From an uncultured Gemmatimonadales bacterium (lineage in GTDB: Bacteria; Gemmatimonadota; Gemmatimonadetes; Gemmatimonadales; GWC2-71-9): 64,000 nt of DNA. The stretch spans positions 64,001 to 128,000 of the forward strand of contig CAWHFW010000002.1 in assembly GCA_963828735.1 (NCBI GenBank). The letters run 5' to 3'. The notes under the pieces are model-generated. The model saw only the letters and a program-made list of their open reading frames with translations. It was not told where the DNA came from and did not search any database. Numbering within the stretch: the stretch's first letter is position 1; each line of letters begins with the position of its first letter. Below are positions 62,111-64,000 of the stretch, in pieces. The position numbers and the translations under genes are program-made.

Positions 62111-62181
62111 AGGTTAAGCACCCGCCCGAGCCAAGTCAAAGCGCGTTGCCGCTTGACCTTGCATGGGTCGGTCTCTATGTT
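62111..62181. promoter_or_regulatory. Divergent sigma70-like promoter pair (site-2 protease operon / rpsT)
   Basis: Minus: TTGACT(62139-62134)-N17-TAACCT; plus: TTGACC(62153)-N17-TATGTT(62176). Confidence 0.65.
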
Positions 62182-62243
62182 TCCGCCCTCGTACGCCGGG
62201 GCGCCGGTCCCGGAGTCGTCATTCGCACCTACTCGAGGTCGTC

Positions 62244-62501
62244 GTGCCGAGAATCAAGTCCGCGAAGAAGCGCATGCGGCAGGGGAAGACCCATGCGTCG
62301 CTCAACCGCACCCAGCGCAGCCAGCTGCGCACGGCCATCAAGAAGGTGCGGAGCTCTGCGGGTGCGCAGGCCGAGGCCGCCTACGAGGACGCGGTGCGAC
62401 TGCTCGATCGCGCGGGGCGGAAGCGCCTGATCCACCCCAATGCCGCGGCGCGGAACAAGAGCCGGTTGGCGAAGCTGGTGAAGAGCTCCGGCAAGAAATA
62501 G
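62244..62501 (+). CDS. rpsT: 30S ribosomal protein S20
   Basis: PRIKSAKKRMRQ, LRTAIKK, IHPNAAARNKSRL. Confidence 0.96.
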   Translation: MPRIKSAKKRMRQGKTHASLNRTQRSQLRTAIKKVRSSAGAQAEAAYEDAVRLLDRAGRKRLIHPNAAARNKSRLAKLVKSSGKK

Positions 62502-62524
62502 CCGGCTCGAGCAGACCGAAAAAC

Positions 62525-62551
62525 ACAGGGCCTCGCAATGCGAGGCCCTGT
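62525..62551. terminator. Intrinsic terminator between convergent genes, probably bidirectional
   Basis: ACAGGGCCTCGCA-A-TGCGAGGCCCTGT flanked by an A run and a T run. Confidence 0.75.
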
Positions 62552-62633
62552 CCATTTTCACCAACACGACCTCAGAATCAAGATGAACTCGCCAGCCTAA
62601 CTCGTTGGAGCACAGGCAGCTATCGAGAACTGA

Positions 62634-63509
62634 TCAGATGCCGGCGAGCTCAGCCCCGCAGCGCTCGCAATACCATTCCGTGGGACGATTGAGCGTTCCG
62701 CACTCGCCGCACTTGAGCGTCTTGGCGACGCCAGCGGCCCCACCCTTCCCCGACCCCGCCTGAGCCACCGCTGCCTCGCCACTGCGACCGCCAGAGCCCG
62801 AACCGGGGTTGCTTCGCCGGCCCGAGGCCGCGGGAGCCGGTGCCGGGGGCGCCTTCTTTTCCCCCTCGGGTGCAACCGACTTGAGGAACGCCATCTCGTC
62901 ATCCTGCGAGGGCGTACCGTGGGTGATCTCGGGCTCGCGCGTCGGCGCCTTGGCGCCCGACCGCGCGGCCGCTGGCGTTGCCGGCATCGGCTCGGGTGGC
63001 GGCGGCTCCGGCACGGGTTCCGGCGTAACCGCCACCGGCGGAGGCGATGGCGGCTCGGCCCGCTTCGGCGCACCGCTGATCAGACCCTGCACCTCGGCCA
63101 GCCTCGCGATCTCGTGCCCCACCCCGCTCAGCTCTCCCCGCAGCCGCCCGAGGCGGTCGTTGCTTTCCTGGCTGACGCGACTCCACTCCTCAGCCGAGTA
63201 TTCGCCGACCGCGTGCCGGACCTCCGCTTCCGAGAGCTCCTCCTCCACCGTGCGCTTCTCGCGGTCCAGACCCGACTGGGTCTTGCGATGGCGCTCGAGC
63301 TCATCGCTGATCGTCGACGCATGTCCGCGCAACTGTTCGATCACGCCTTTGAGTCGCGCCTCGTAGTCACCGCGAACTCGCTCGCGCACCGCGGCAGGGG
63401 CTTTGTCGCCGGCCGAGTCCAGGCGGGCGAGCCATTGCTCGTACTGGCTGCGCTGCTGCAACAGCCCTTCGATCGTCGTCTCAGGATCCGGTGGGGTCGC
63501 TTTGGCCAT
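62634..63509 (-). CDS. Coiled-coil protein with Pro/Ala linker and C-terminal zinc ribbon
   Basis: About 150-aa heptad region, low-complexity linker, CGECGTLN...YCERCG. Confidence 0.8.
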   Translation of the reverse strand: MAKATPPDPETTIEGLLQQRSQYEQWLARLDSAGDKAPAAVRERVRGDYEARLKGVIEQLRGHASTISDELERHRKTQSGLDREKRTVEEELSEAEVRHAVGEYSAEEWSRVSQESNDRLGRLRGELSGVGHEIARLAEVQGLISGAPKRAEPPSPPPVAVTPEPVPEPPPPEPMPATPAAARSGAKAPTREPEITHGTPSQDDEMAFLKSVAPEGEKKAPPAPAPAASGRRSNPGSGSGGRSGEAAVAQAGSGKGGAAGVAKTLKCGECGTLNRPTEWYCERCGAELAGI

Positions 63510-64000
63510 GACGGGACATTCCTCTCAGCCGCTCGAGGTCGTGCATCTGGTCAGGGGTCAGTTGAATGACCCGGCCGAGGCTGCGGGCGGCCAGGAGGAT
63601 CCGGGCCGCGTGCTCCAGGCTTTCCATGCGGATACGTGCCGCCGCGAGCGTCCCACCCCAGGCAACCGCGCCGTGATTGGCCAGCAGCACGGCCTCATGC
63701 GCCTCGAGGAACGGCTCGACGGCGTCACCCAGGGCGGGCGTGCCGGTCGTGGCGTAGGGTACCACGGGCACGTCGCCCATCAACACCGCCACCTCCGGGA
63801 GCACATTCGCCGGAATGCCCTCGCCCGCCACCGCGAAGGCAGTGGCCGTCGGCGGATGGGCATGGACCACCGCGCCGCAGTCGGGCCGGCGCCGATACAC
63901 CCGGAGATGCAAATCTAATTCGGTCGAGGCCTGTCGGGAGCCACCAAGGTGCCGGCCGTCGAGGTCCACGTCGACCAGGTCCTCTGGGGCGAGGTCGGAC
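63481..64000 (-). CDS. Class II aldolase/adducin family protein (5' end outside the window)
   Basis: STELDLHLRVY, AVVHAHPP, LLANHG, ESLEHAA. Confidence 0.92.
   Translation of the reverse strand, partial: SDLAPEDLVDVDLDGRHLGGSRQASTELDLHLRVYRRRPDCGAVVHAHPPTATAFAVAGEGIPANVLPEVAVLMGDVPVVPYATTGTPALGDAVEPFLEAHEAVLLANHGAVAWGGTLAAARIRMESLEHAARILLAARSLGRVIQLTPDQMHDLERLRGMSRHGQSDPTGS

Overview
High-GC bacterial chromosomal window made mostly of core housekeeping genes, nearly all on the minus strand. The gene set and protein style suggest Gemmatimonadota (inference, no search run). Blocks in order: HEAT-cyclophilin/thioesterase/lpxH/murI; tRNA-Sec; ridA-fhs-tatD-secFD-ribF-truB-rbfA-infB-nusA-rimP with a rimP-leader hairpin; pgeF-murA; a plus-strand DUF948/Zn-phospholipase C/cupin/M23 operon; gatBAC-pcrA-histidine kinase-serS; roadblock-manC-glmU-like-MBL operon; groESL with a CIRCE operator; ubiA-coaX-birA-uppP-bshA; miaA-mutL-Bat/MoxR cluster; rluB-scpBA-site-2 protease; rpsT. 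No CRISPR array, rRNA, transposase or integrase was seen. Best second-look items: (1) a ~1.8 kb integrase-less island inserted exactly at the bshA start codon, bounded by a 14-bp direct repeat and arm-site-like repeats and carrying receiver-domain genes; (2) a secreted protein with a full PHM-type copper-monooxygenase-like ligand set and a Met/His tail; (3) an apparent outer-membrane beta-barrel fused to an NlpC/P60 peptidase; (4) three genes that appear to need CTG start codons and several apparently leaderless genes; (5) five single-base frameshifts clustered at 31-37 kb, including groEL, most likely assembly errors. All product calls come from motif recognition by eye.
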